Shown here: positions 41,366 to 49,070 of the stretch, one piece after another
Position numbering within the stretch: position 1 is the stretch's first letter
Layout: each line of letters begins with the position of its first letter
Assembly: GCA_016794445.1 (NCBI GenBank)
Contig: JAEUKC010000023.1
Coordinates: 1 to 64,000, forward strand
Reading direction: 5' to 3'
Origin: Myxococcales bacterium
GTDB taxonomy: Bacteria; Myxococcota_A; Polyangia; Polyangiales; JADJMO01
Length of the DNA: 64,000 nt
Program-made: the position numbers and the translations under genes
Notes under the pieces: model-generated
What the model was told of the DNA's origin: nothing
The model's input: the letters and a program-made list of their open reading frames with translations, nothing else
The model's database searches: none

Positions 41366-42112
41366 AGGCAGAGCGGTCTCGAGCTTGAATCCGCCCCCGG
41401 TCGGGTTGCGCGTCCACCACTGCAGGCCCTGCGGTGGTGTGCCGGTCGGCGTCGGGTTGCCGGTGAGCTCGAGCTGGTAGCGCGCCGAGTCGTGCGTGAT
41501 CTGGAAGGCGAGCCGGGTCCCTGCCGGCAGCACCGGCAGCGCGTTGCCGTCGCCGTCGCGGAAGTAGAACGAGTACATGTCGCCAGCCTCGTTGACCGGG
41601 AGCTTGCTCACGCGACCGAGCGGCACCAACACTCCGGGGCACGGCATGAGGAAGGCCTCGACGGAGATGGTCCCGACGGCGCCGCCGGCATCCACCGTCA
41701 CGCGCCGGAGCTGGGCGATGAGCTTCTCGTGCCGCCCGGCCTTCGACGTCACGTAGCTGATGAGGTGCGCCTGCTCGCGGCCGAGGCGGGGTGTGAGGCC
41801 CGTGTAGGACGCGAACGCGAACTGCTGTTCGTACGCGCCAGGGGGCGGCGCGGCGCAGGCAGCGGCCGGGATCGTGGTCACGCAGCCGGCGTCGACGGGG
41901 GCTGCGTCGATGGGGCTCGTGCTCGTCTCGTCCCGGCTCGCGTCGCTGTTCCCTCCGTCGATCGGCGGCGTCGCCGCGTCGGTGCTCCCATCGGCGGTCA
42001 CGCCGCCGTCGCTCGTCGCCGAACCCGTGTCCGAGGTCCCCTGGGCGACCTGGAACTCCGAGCTCGAACATCCGACAGAGAGCACCCACACCCACAAGAA
42101 AGCGCTTCGCAT
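41333..42112 (-). CDS. lipoprotein, hypothetical
   Basis: It has the signal MRSAFLWVWVLSVGC/SSS, an Asp/Ser/Thr/Gly-rich linker, then a globular domain. Its 3' end overlaps the cyclase 3' end by 33 nt. Confidence 0.75.
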   Translation of the reverse strand: MRSAFLWVWVLSVGCSSSEFQVAQGTSDTGSATSDGGVTADGSTDAATPPIDGGNSDASRDETSTSPIDAAPVDAGCVTTIPAAACAAPPPGAYEQQFAFASYTGLTPRLGREQAHLISYVTSKAGRHEKLIAQLRRVTVDAGGAVGTISVEAFLMPCPGVLVPLGRVSKLPVNEAGDMYSFYFRDGDGNALPVLPAGTRLAFQITHDSARYQLELTGNPTPTGTPPQGLQWWTRNPTGGGFKLETALPSANPWLRACG

Positions 42113-42140
42113 GGCGCTCCTGGTGCTGGATCCGGGCCAT

Positions 42141-42185
42141 CCCGCTTTTCCCGGGAGGGCCGCGAAAGAGGGCCCTTTCGGGCTG
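42141..42185 (-). terminator. GC-rich hairpin cluster downstream of the repeat-peptide gene
   Basis: The reverse strand reads GCCC-GAAA-GGGC (42183-42172) followed by CCUCUUUCG. Alternative stems are CGAAAG/CUUUCG and GGGCC/GGCCC. There is no clear U-tract. Confidence 0.25.
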
Positions 42186-42226
42186 CCAACCTCGTTGCGG
42201 TATCCCTTACTTCTTGCGTAGCGCGG

Positions 42227-42493
42227 TCACGGGATGACGTGGCCCGCGTCGGTCGACTCCACGTGGCCCGCGTCGTTCGAGAGCGCGTGCCCGGCGTCCG
42301 TCGAGAGCGCGTGCCCGGCGTCGTTCGAGAGCGCGTGCCCGGCGTCCGTCGAGAGCGCGTGGCCCGCGTCGGTCGAGAGCGCGTGCCCCGCGTCGTTCGC
42401 GGCGGAGTGGGGGTCGCCGCTCGCGGCCGAGACGCGGAGAGCGACGAAGACGGCAGCGGCAGCGAAGACACCAACGGTTGCGCGGTCGATCAT
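42227..42493 (-). CDS. small secreted protein made of His-containing octapeptide repeats
   Basis: AAGGAGG lies 7 nt upstream of ATG 42493. The signal peptide is MIDRATVGVFAAAAVFVALRVSA/AS. The mature part is DPHSAAN followed by DAGHALST x2, DAGHALSN, DAGHALST, DAGHALSN, DAGHVEST and DAGHVIP. Confidence 0.75.
   Translation of the reverse strand: MIDRATVGVFAAAAVFVALRVSAASGDPHSAANDAGHALSTDAGHALSTDAGHALSNDAGHALSTDAGHALSNDAGHVESTDAGHVIP
42230..42394. repeat. 24-bp tandem repeat array (about 7 units)
   Basis: The plus-strand units are GAGAGCGCGTGCCCGGCGTC(C/G)(G/T)TC and close variants. They encode the octapeptide repeats on the minus strand. Confidence 0.95.
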
Positions 42494-42556
42494 GGGCGAG
42501 CCTCCTTGGGGTTGCAGGACCCCGAACGGACCGGCCGCGGGGAGCTGAAGCCGGAT

Positions 42557-43156
42557 TCACTCCAGCGTCGTGCGGGCGACGAGGCCCTCGAAGCGCTCGC
42601 GGTCGGCGGCGGCCTTCTTGCGCTTGCGGCGCAGCCAGACGAACAGCACCGCGTGGACCGTCGCGGCGACGCCGAGACCGACCGCGGCCCGCAGCGGCGC
42701 TCGCTGGTACTGCTGCGCGTGGCTCAACACGAGCCACGCGATGCCCACGACCACCACTCCGAAGAGCGCGAGGTGGGCGCTCCACGCGAAGCGAGCGAGC
42801 GTGTCCTCTGCGCGAAGCCGCCGCCGCGTGAGCTCGACGTACCGATCGACCGACGCCCCTTCGACCGCGAGCAGCCCCCAGCGCTCGCCGTAGAAGCGCG
42901 CGAGCCAGACGCCGTTGAAGATCGAGATGGCTACGGCGATCGCGGCCACGGCCGGCGTGCCGCGCGTTCGGACCACGAGCGCCGTGAGCACCACGGTGGA
43001 GAAGGCCGCGCCGAGGGTCTCGTAGACCAGGCCGCGGCGCAGCTTGTTGCCGTCGCGCGTGCAGCGCTCGGCGAGCGCGTCGAGCGCGGCCGGGTCGCCG
43101 AAGGTCTGCCATTCGGCGCGCCAGCCGGCGAGCTCGGGATCGGGATCGTGGGTCAT
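42557..43156 (-). CDS. 4-TM membrane protein, putative anti-sigma factor / ECF partner
   Basis: Its ATG overlaps the sigma-gene stop (ATGA at 43153-43156). The cytoplasmic N-terminus is (ELAGWRAEWQ...). It has four hydrophobic helices. There is no zinc HxxxCxxC anti-sigma motif. Confidence 0.55.
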   Translation of the reverse strand: MTHDPDPELAGWRAEWQTFGDPAALDALAERCTRDGNKLRRGLVYETLGAAFSTVVLTALVVRTRGTPAVAAIAVAISIFNGVWLARFYGERWGLLAVEGASVDRYVELTRRRLRAEDTLARFAWSAHLALFGVVVVGIAWLVLSHAQQYQRAPLRAAVGLGVAATVHAVLFVWLRRKRKKAAADRERFEGLVARTTLE

Positions 43157-43716
43157 GGGGTTCCTTCGTGCTCCTCGAGGAGCACGCGCAGGGCCGCGCG
43201 CGCGCGGTGGGCGCGCACGGCGACGTGGTTGACGGTGAGGCCGAGGACGTCGGCGATCTCCTGGTGATCGAGGCCCTCGAGCAGCAGGGTCACGACCTGC
43301 CGGTGAGAGAGCGGCAGCGCGCGCACCGCGGCGAGCAGGCGCGCCTCGCGGTGGCGGCGCTCGTAGGCGAGCGCGGGGTTCTTGCCCGAGGTCGCGACCA
43401 CCCGGTCCTCGTGGTCGTCCACGTCCTCGGTCGGTCGACCCCGCTTGGCGAGGAAGGCGAGCGCGCGGTTGTGAGCGACGCGGAAGACGAACGTGCGCTC
43501 GGAGCAGTCGCCGCGGAACCGCGGGAGCGCGGTGAAGAGCGCGAGGGCCACGTCCTGGGCGAGGTCCTGGCGGTCGGCCGGGCTGCGTGCGTAGCTCGCG
43601 AAGAGCCGGGACAGCGGCGCCGCGTGTGCGTCGAGGAGGCGGGCGAGGCGCGCCTCCAGTGACTCGCCGCTCTTCTCGTCGGGCGTGGTGCCGGGGTGGG
43701 TCATCTCGAGGGTCAC
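43153..43716 (-). CDS. ECF-type RNA polymerase sigma factor
   Basis: Region 2 is DRQDLAQDVALALFTALPRFRGDCSERTFVFRVAHNRALAFL. Region 4 is LPLSHRQVVTLLLEGLDHQEIADVLGLTVNHVAVRAHRARAAL. Confidence 0.9.
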   Translation of the reverse strand: MTLEMTHPGTTPDEKSGESLEARLARLLDAHAAPLSRLFASYARSPADRQDLAQDVALALFTALPRFRGDCSERTFVFRVAHNRALAFLAKRGRPTEDVDDHEDRVVATSGKNPALAYERRHREARLLAAVRALPLSHRQVVTLLLEGLDHQEIADVLGLTVNHVAVRAHRARAALRVLLEEHEGTP

Positions 43717-43759
43717 AGAGGGGTAGTCCGCGCTCCCGCGGAAACCTTACGAGCTCCGT

Positions 43760-44305
43760 TCATTTCAGGCGACGAAGCACCGCCTTGAGGCGACCCACGA
43801 CGGTCGGCCCCTTGCAGCCCTGGATCTCGTCTCCGGCCGAGAACAGCGTCGTCGTCTGGACGTGCGCGAAGTCGACCTCGAGGGCGTCGCTGTCGAGCAG
43901 GCGGGCGCGAAGCGGCTTGCCCTCGTGATCGGCGGTGAACTCGCTGGTGCAGGCCACTCGCGCGCCGTCGTCCGCGTAGGGCTTCGACTGCGAGAACGGG
44001 CGGTAGCGGTCGGTCACCTGGTATCCGCCGGCCTCCGCGTGGAGCGCGAAGCGCACCTCCTCGGGCTGGTAGGCGCCGCCCCACTCCTTCGCCGACACGA
44101 CGTGGAACGTGTAGGCGTCCCCCTTGGCGCGCACGTCGAACAGACGGCCCGTCGTCTCGGCGCGCCACCGGCCGAGGAGCGAGACCGAAGGCTCGGCCGC
44201 GTCGGTCCTGGGCGCCGGCGCGACCGGGCCAGCGTCGTCCCCGCGGATGCCGTCCCGGCGACAGCCGACGAGGACCACGAGCAACGCGAGGGCCCAGCGG
44301 GACAC
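43760..44305 (-). CDS. lipoprotein, hypothetical
   Basis: This is the 3' part of ORF 43760..46048. GTG 44305 gives VSRWALALLVVLVGC/RRD. It starts 2 nt after the yghU stop. Confidence 0.7.
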   Translation of the reverse strand: MSRWALALLVVLVGCRRDGIRGDDAGPVAPAPRTDAAEPSVSLLGRWRAETTGRLFDVRAKGDAYTFHVVSAKEWGGAYQPEEVRFALHAEAGGYQVTDRYRPFSQSKPYADDGARVACTSEFTADHEGKPLRARLLDSDALEVDFAHVQTTTLFSAGDEIQGCKGPTVVGRLKAVLRRLK

Positions 44306-44307
44306 GG

Positions 44308-45159
44308 TCAGCCGCGCGGCGGGTCGAAGTCGCTCGCGTCGTGACGCTCGCGGAGCTGGGTCTCCGGCGGGCCCCACGGCCGGTTCACGCGGCGCCCGCG
44401 CTGCACGGCCGGGCGCTCGGTGATCTGGCGCGACCAGCGCGCTACGTTCGCGTAGGTGCCGACGTCGAGGAACTCCTGCGCCCCGTAGATGTCTCCGGTG
44501 ACCAGCTCTCCGTACCAGGGCCAGGCCGCGATGTCGGCGATGGAGTACGCGTCGCCCGCGAGGTAGGCGTGGCCTTCGAGGCGCCGATCGAGCACGTCGA
44601 GCTGGCGCTTGGCCTCCATCGTGTAGCGGTCGATCGCGTACTCCACCTTGATCGGAGCGTACTTGAAGAAGTGACCGAAGCCGCCGCCGAGGATCGGCGC
44701 CGCGCCCATCTGCCAGAACAACCACGAGAGGCACTCGGTGCGCGCGCGTGCGTCGCCCGGAATCAAGGCGCCGAACTTCTCGGCGAGGTAGAGGAGGATC
44801 GAGCCCGACTCGAAGACGCGCGTGGGCGGGTCGGTGCTGCGGTCCATCAGCGCGGGGATCTTCGAGTTGGGGTTGACCTCGACGAACCCGCTGCCGAACT
44901 GGTCGCCCGAGAGGATGTCGACGATCCAGGCGTCGTATTCGGCGCCGGCGTGCCCGAGTGCCAGGAGCTCCTCGAGCATCACGGTCACCTTCACGCCGTT
45001 CGGCGTGGCGAGCGAGTAGAGCTGGAGCGGGTGGCGACCGACGGGGAGTTCCTTGTCGTGCGTGGGCCCGGCGATCGGCCGGTTGATGTTCGAGAAGGCC
45101 TGGCCGCTGTCCTTGTTCCAGGTCCACACGCGCGGCGGGGTGTAGGGCGTGTCGCTCAT
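44308..45159 (-). CDS. yghU: nu-class glutathione S-transferase YghU
   Basis: It is collinear with E. coli YghU as I recall it (VWTWNKDSG.AFSNINRPIAGPTH, HPLQLYSL.TPNG.KVT.MLEELLALG, GAEYDAW, GDQF.SGFVEVNPNSKIPAL, ERHDASDF). Start set at MSDTPY (45159). Confidence 0.9.
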   Translation of the reverse strand: MSDTPYTPPRVWTWNKDSGQAFSNINRPIAGPTHDKELPVGRHPLQLYSLATPNGVKVTVMLEELLALGHAGAEYDAWIVDILSGDQFGSGFVEVNPNSKIPALMDRSTDPPTRVFESGSILLYLAEKFGALIPGDARARTECLSWLFWQMGAAPILGGGFGHFFKYAPIKVEYAIDRYTMEAKRQLDVLDRRLEGHAYLAGDAYSIADIAAWPWYGELVTGDIYGAQEFLDVGTYANVARWSRQITERPAVQRGRRVNRPWGPPETQLRERHDASDFDPPRG

Positions 45160-45198
45160 GTCTCTTGTCGTTAGCACGACCCCGGACCGTGGGACCGT

Positions 45199-46086
45199 CT
45201 ACGGCTTCTTCGCCGCCGCGGTGAGGATGACCCAGTGCTGAGCCTTGGGGTGCAGCACCACGTACTTGTCGGCGTGCTGGTCCGCCTTGAACTGCGGGTA
45301 CCACGGCCAGATGTCCCAGGTCTGATCGACGTACTCGCGCACGAACAGGTGTACGGAGGCGTAGCGATCCTTGGCCGCCTTCGCGACGGGCGCCGCGAAG
45401 CTGAACTCCGCGCGCTCCTCGGGTGGCGCCGGCTCGGTGTGGAACGCGCCGCCGTAGATCACGAACAGCTGGTCCTCCTTGCGACCCTTCTGGGCGAGGC
45501 CGACGACGGCGTCGTGGGAGACGAGTGACGTGATGGTCTGCAACACGGTGAGCGGCGGCGACTTGGACTTGGCGATGGCGTCGAGCTCCTTGCACGAGGG
45601 GTGGAGCTGGCTCACCTTGATGCCGACCTTCTCGGCCGCCTTGCCGAGCACGACGTACTCGTTGGGGGCCGAGGGCGCCTGGTCCTTGCCGATCTTGCCG
45701 AGCTGCTCGTTGGTCCCCTTCTTGGCCTGCTCGCACCCCAAGGCGGGCGCCATCAGCTCGAGCAAGAGGTCGGAGGCGCGCCCCTGCAGCTTCGGCACGA
45801 CCTCCGCGGTGAACCGCTTGGCGGCCGTGTCGACCCACTCGAAGCCCTTCTTGGCGTGCGCCTCGCCCACCGCGACCACGATGGGCTTGTCGACCAGCGT
45901 CGACTCGAAGGCGGCGGCAAGCGAGTCGTAGGCCCGACACTCGAGCGCGCCGCACTCCACGTACGCGGGCGTAGGTGCCGAGGCGCTCGGGGTCGCGCTC
46001 GGCTTGGTCTCGACCGGCGGCGCCGGCTTCTCCGTCGTCTTGCTGCACGCCGCGACCAGCACCGCTCCGAACACCAGCGCGCGCAC
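45199..46086 (-). CDS. lipoprotein, hypothetical (GEAH motif; possibly ChaN/Tiki-superfamily-like)
   Basis: The signal is MRALVFGAVLVAAC/SK. VVAVGEAHAKKGFEW resembles the GExH motif of the ChaN/TraB/Tiki superfamily. The family call is tentative. Confidence 0.65.
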   Translation of the reverse strand: MRALVFGAVLVAACSKTTEKPAPPVETKPSATPSASAPTPAYVECGALECRAYDSLAAAFESTLVDKPIVVAVGEAHAKKGFEWVDTAAKRFTAEVVPKLQGRASDLLLELMAPALGCEQAKKGTNEQLGKIGKDQAPSAPNEYVVLGKAAEKVGIKVSQLHPSCKELDAIAKSKSPPLTVLQTITSLVSHDAVVGLAQKGRKEDQLFVIYGGAFHTEPAPPEERAEFSFAAPVAKAAKDRYASVHLFVREYVDQTWDIWPWYPQFKADQHADKYVVLHPKAQHWVILTAAAKKP

Positions 46087-46087
46087 G

Positions 46088-47140
46088 TCAGCGACCGATC
46101 GCGCCGGGCGTGATGGCCTCGAAGGCGTTTCCGGGGATGGCCTTGAGGGCGTTGAGCTGGTCGTCGTTCCAGCCCGGATCGAGGTCGCCCTGGAAGAAGT
46201 AGTCGCTGCCGTTGTCGGCGAGGATCATCCCGTAGGTCTTCATGGCCTGGGCGACGACCTTGGCCTGCGCGGGGAGCGCGGAGATGTCGTACGAAGCCTT
46301 GAGGCGGACCCGCAGACCCATGGGCGGGTAGTCGGCGCGGAGCGCGTCGCCGACGACGCCGGCGGGGCACCCGCTGCCGCCGCGCGGCACGGCCTGGTGC
46401 GACGCGGGCTGTACGTAGCCGTCCTGCGTGCAGTGCATGGTGAAGCGGATGGCGTGGTTGACGACGCCGGCGGCCACCTCGGAGTAGCGCACGAGCCCCG
46501 GCAGGATCGCGAGGCCCGCGGCGTCGGCCGACGTCCACTTGATCGGCCGCTGGCCGTAGCTGTTCTTGGTGAGGTCGAACTTGGCGCCGCTGCCGCACTG
46601 CCAGCTGCTGGAGCCCGCGTTGTAGTGGCAGTCCCACGCCTCGTAGAGGAGACAGCTCCCCTGCACCACGGTCAGCACGTGGCAGTCGCCCGAGCAGTCG
46701 GCCGGCGTGCCGCCCTCGATCTTGGCGCTGGCTCCGGGGAACGGGTACGGCCCCGGGTCGCTCTCGTCGGCGTAGTCGAAGCTGATCGGCAGCTTGGGCT
46801 GCGACGCGGGCACGACGTTGAAGGGGATGCCGTACGCGGTGCCGAAGTCGGGGTGCAGGCTCTTCTTGGTCGCGTTGGCGTACAGCTTGGTGGTCCAGTT
46901 CGCGTCGACCGAGGCCGAGGCCGGGATGGGCGTGTTCCACGCGTCGCTCGCGGGGAAGACCGGGCAGCCACCCACCGTGCTGGGGCCGCCTCCGCCGCCG
47001 TCGACCGGGGTTCCGGTGTCGATCACGCCTCCGGAGTCGGTGACCCCGGTCTCGTCGACGCCGCCGTCGGTGGCGGCGGCGGTGGAGTCGGAGCAACCGA
47101 CGGCGAGCACGGCGCAGGCGAAGAGCGAGGTACGCAGCAT
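46088..47140 (-). CDS. lipoprotein, hypothetical
   Basis: Part of ORF 46088..47314. ATG 47140 gives MLRTSLFACAVLAVGC/SDS. A Gly/Asp/Thr linker precedes a Cys-containing globular domain. I recognise no family. Confidence 0.75.
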   Translation of the reverse strand: MLRTSLFACAVLAVGCSDSTAAATDGGVDETGVTDSGGVIDTGTPVDGGGGGPSTVGGCPVFPASDAWNTPIPASASVDANWTTKLYANATKKSLHPDFGTAYGIPFNVVPASQPKLPISFDYADESDPGPYPFPGASAKIEGGTPADCSGDCHVLTVVQGSCLLYEAWDCHYNAGSSSWQCGSGAKFDLTKNSYGQRPIKWTSADAAGLAILPGLVRYSEVAAGVVNHAIRFTMHCTQDGYVQPASHQAVPRGGSGCPAGVVGDALRADYPPMGLRVRLKASYDISALPAQAKVVAQAMKTYGMILADNGSDYFFQGDLDPGWNDDQLNALKAIPGNAFEAITPGAIGR

Positions 47141-47195
47141 GGCGATGAGACTACGCGGAGGGACGCGCGCGAACCACTGCGCCGAGATCGAGCCG

Positions 47196-47211
47196 TGGCA
47201 CGCACCGTGCT
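47196..47211 (+). promoter_or_regulatory. sigma54 (-24/-12) promoter candidate TGGCACGCACCGTGCT
   Basis: It matches TGGCACG-N4-(T)TGCW with exact GG-N10-GC spacing. The predicted TSS at ~47222 leaves a 19-nt leader containing GAGAGG, 7 nt before ATG 47241. Confidence 0.55.
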
Positions 47212-47240
47212 CGACTTGGGGCGCCCTCGAGAGGTGTGCC

Positions 47241-47618
47241 ATGTCGAGCCTTCGCGTCCTCGCAGCGTTCTCCGGTCTGAGCGTCGCCATGTTCGGCTGT
47301 AGCACCTCCGACATGCCCCCACCGACGGGGTGCGGCGATGGCCATGCCCTGTTCTACGCGGCGGCGGGCTGTGGTTCCGCCACCCCGACGCCGCTGTGCC
47401 TGGACGACTCCCTCACGACCGACGGCTGTTACAGCGAGATCTGCGACTGCACCGGCAAGACCCGCGTCGCGATCTGCGACGACCGCGTCTCGACCACGCC
47501 GTGGTCGCGCCGCGGCGCTTGCGGGAGAGATGATGGCGGGGCGGACGCCGACGCGAGCGACGCCAGCGACGCAGCCGATGCGATCGACGCGCTCGGCGAC
47601 GGGAAGACCTCCGACTAG
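47241..47618 (+). CDS. small Cys-rich lipoprotein with acidic Asp/Ala/Ser tail
   Basis: ATG 47241 is in frame with ORF 46794..47618. The signal is MSSLRVLAAFSGLSVAMFGC/STS. The mature part has 11 Cys. The tail is DDGGADADASDASDAADAIDALGDGKTSD. Confidence 0.7.
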   Translation: MSSLRVLAAFSGLSVAMFGCSTSDMPPPTGCGDGHALFYAAAGCGSATPTPLCLDDSLTTDGCYSEICDCTGKTRVAICDDRVSTTPWSRRGACGRDDGGADADASDASDAADAIDALGDGKTSD

Positions 47619-47653
47619 CGAGACCCTTTCTCTCCGCGCGCATCGAAGGCGAC

Positions 47654-49069
47654 ATGCCCGACGAGAGCGCTCGATCCACGGTGGCGATCGCCGGGGTCAC
47701 GGGCTTCGTGGGCGAGACGCTCGCGCGCGCCCTCCGCGGGCACGCCGGGGTCGGTCGACTCGTCGGGATCGGCCGTGGGTCGGGGGCCTCCTCGCCCGTC
47801 GACGAGTGGCGCAAGTGCGACCTCTTCTCGCTGGCGGACGCCGAGCGCGCGCTCGCGGGCGTCGAGGTGGCGGTCTACCTCGTGCACTCGATGATGCCGT
47901 CGGCCGCGCTCACGCAGGGCGACTTCGCCGACTTCGACTTCCTCGCCGCCGACAACTTCGCGCGGGCCGCGGCGAAGAACGGCGTGAAGCAGATCGTGTA
48001 CCTCGGCGGGCTCGTGCCGCGGGGCGGTCGCGCGCTCTCGCGGCACCTCGAGAGCCGGCTCGAGGTGGAGCGCGTGCTCGGGGCCCACGGCACGCCGATC
48101 ACGGCGCTGCGCGCGGGGCTCGTCGTGGGGCCCGCGGGCTCGTCGTTCCTCATGCTGCGTCGGCTGGTCGAGCGCCTCCCCGTGATGCTCACGCCCGCGT
48201 GGACCGAGACGCGCACCCAGCCGATCGATCTCGCCGACGTCGTGGCCCTGCTCGCCCACTGCGTGGGGCGCCCCGAGACCTTCGGGCAGTCGTTCGACGT
48301 CGGCGGGCCCGAGGTCCTCACCTACCGCGCGATGATCGAGCGCATGGCGGCCAAGCTGGGCCGGAACCCTCGCCTCTACGCGGTCCCGTTCTTCACGCCC
48401 GGGCTCTCGCGGCTGTGGGTGTCGCTGGTGACGGGCGCGCCCAAGAGCCTCGTCGCGCCGCTCGTCGAGAGCCTGACCCACGAGATGGTCGCGGGCGATC
48501 GCCGCCTGCAGGACGCGGCGCGCATCCCCGGCCACTCGTTCGACGAGAGCCTCGACGCGGCCCTCGAGACCGAGCCTCCCGCGGACGCGCGCGAAGGGCG
48601 TTCGCGCACGCAGCGGGACGTCCGCTCCGTCCAGCGACTGCCGCTGCCCGACGGTCGTGACGCACGCTGGGTGGCGGACGAGTACCTCCGCTGGCTGCCG
48701 CGTCTCTTGCCGTTCGCGCTCCGCGTGCAGGTGGCCGACGACCAGGTCTGTCGCTTCACGCTGCTCGGCGTCACGCTGCTCGTGCTGGCGTATTCCAAAG
48801 AGCGGAGCAGCGATGACCGGGCGCTCTTCTACGTGCGCGGCGGCATCCTCGCCGGCCCGTCGGAGCGCGGCCGCCTCGAGTTTCGCAGCGTGCCGCGGGC
48901 GCCGTTCGTCATCGCCGCGATCCACGACTTCGTGCCGCGGCTGCCGTGGCCGATCTACGCGACCACCCAGGCCCCGTTCCACCTCGCGGTGATGCGGGCG
49001 TTCGGACGCCACCTCGCCCGGTCGAACGGGCGCCCCCGCTCGACCGAGCTCTCGGTGGAGCCGAACTAG
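47654..49069 (+). CDS. NAD(P)-binding NmrA/SDR-like protein with DUF2867-like C-terminal domain
   Basis: The N-terminal Rossmann motif is VAIAGVTGFVGETLARAL. The atypical-SDR body is followed by a ~170-aa C-terminal domain (WLPRLLPFALRV...). Confidence 0.75.
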   Translation: MPDESARSTVAIAGVTGFVGETLARALRGHAGVGRLVGIGRGSGASSPVDEWRKCDLFSLADAERALAGVEVAVYLVHSMMPSAALTQGDFADFDFLAADNFARAAAKNGVKQIVYLGGLVPRGGRALSRHLESRLEVERVLGAHGTPITALRAGLVVGPAGSSFLMLRRLVERLPVMLTPAWTETRTQPIDLADVVALLAHCVGRPETFGQSFDVGGPEVLTYRAMIERMAAKLGRNPRLYAVPFFTPGLSRLWVSLVTGAPKSLVAPLVESLTHEMVAGDRRLQDAARIPGHSFDESLDAALETEPPADAREGRSRTQRDVRSVQRLPLPDGRDARWVADEYLRWLPRLLPFALRVQVADDQVCRFTLLGVTLLVLAYSKERSSDDRALFYVRGGILAGPSERGRLEFRSVPRAPFVIAAIHDFVPRLPWPIYATTQAPFHLAVMRAFGRHLARSNGRPRSTELSVEPN

Positions 49070-49070
49070 C

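Noticed and set aside
42124-42139. Sigma54-like motif TGGCCCGGATCCAGCA on the minus strand, upstream of the lipoprotein gene 41333..42112.
   Set aside because: The spacing is correct, but the -12 element (CAGCA) lacks the conserved T residues and the predicted TSS coincides with the ATG. It is too weak to report as a feature.
42230-42394. Could the 24-bp repeats here, or the 20-bp repeats at 21256-21315, be CRISPR arrays?
   Set aside because: The repeats are directly tandem with no spacers, the units are too short, one array is clearly protein-coding, and no cas genes are present.
42234-42548. Plus-strand ORF through the 24-bp repeats, encoding (W/C)PAS(V/F)ES(A/T) repeats.
   Set aside because: It has no SD and no signal peptide. 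The minus-strand ORF has AAGGAGG at ideal spacing, a Sec signal, and sits in an operon-like position after the sigma and anti-sigma genes.
43717-43790. Possible autoregulatory ECF promoter upstream of the sigma gene (minus strand ...TGAAC-N17-CGCGGG...).
   Set aside because: It resembles GGAAC/CGT-type ECF promoters only loosely, and it overlaps the stop of the upstream gene. I cannot support it without a group-specific motif model.
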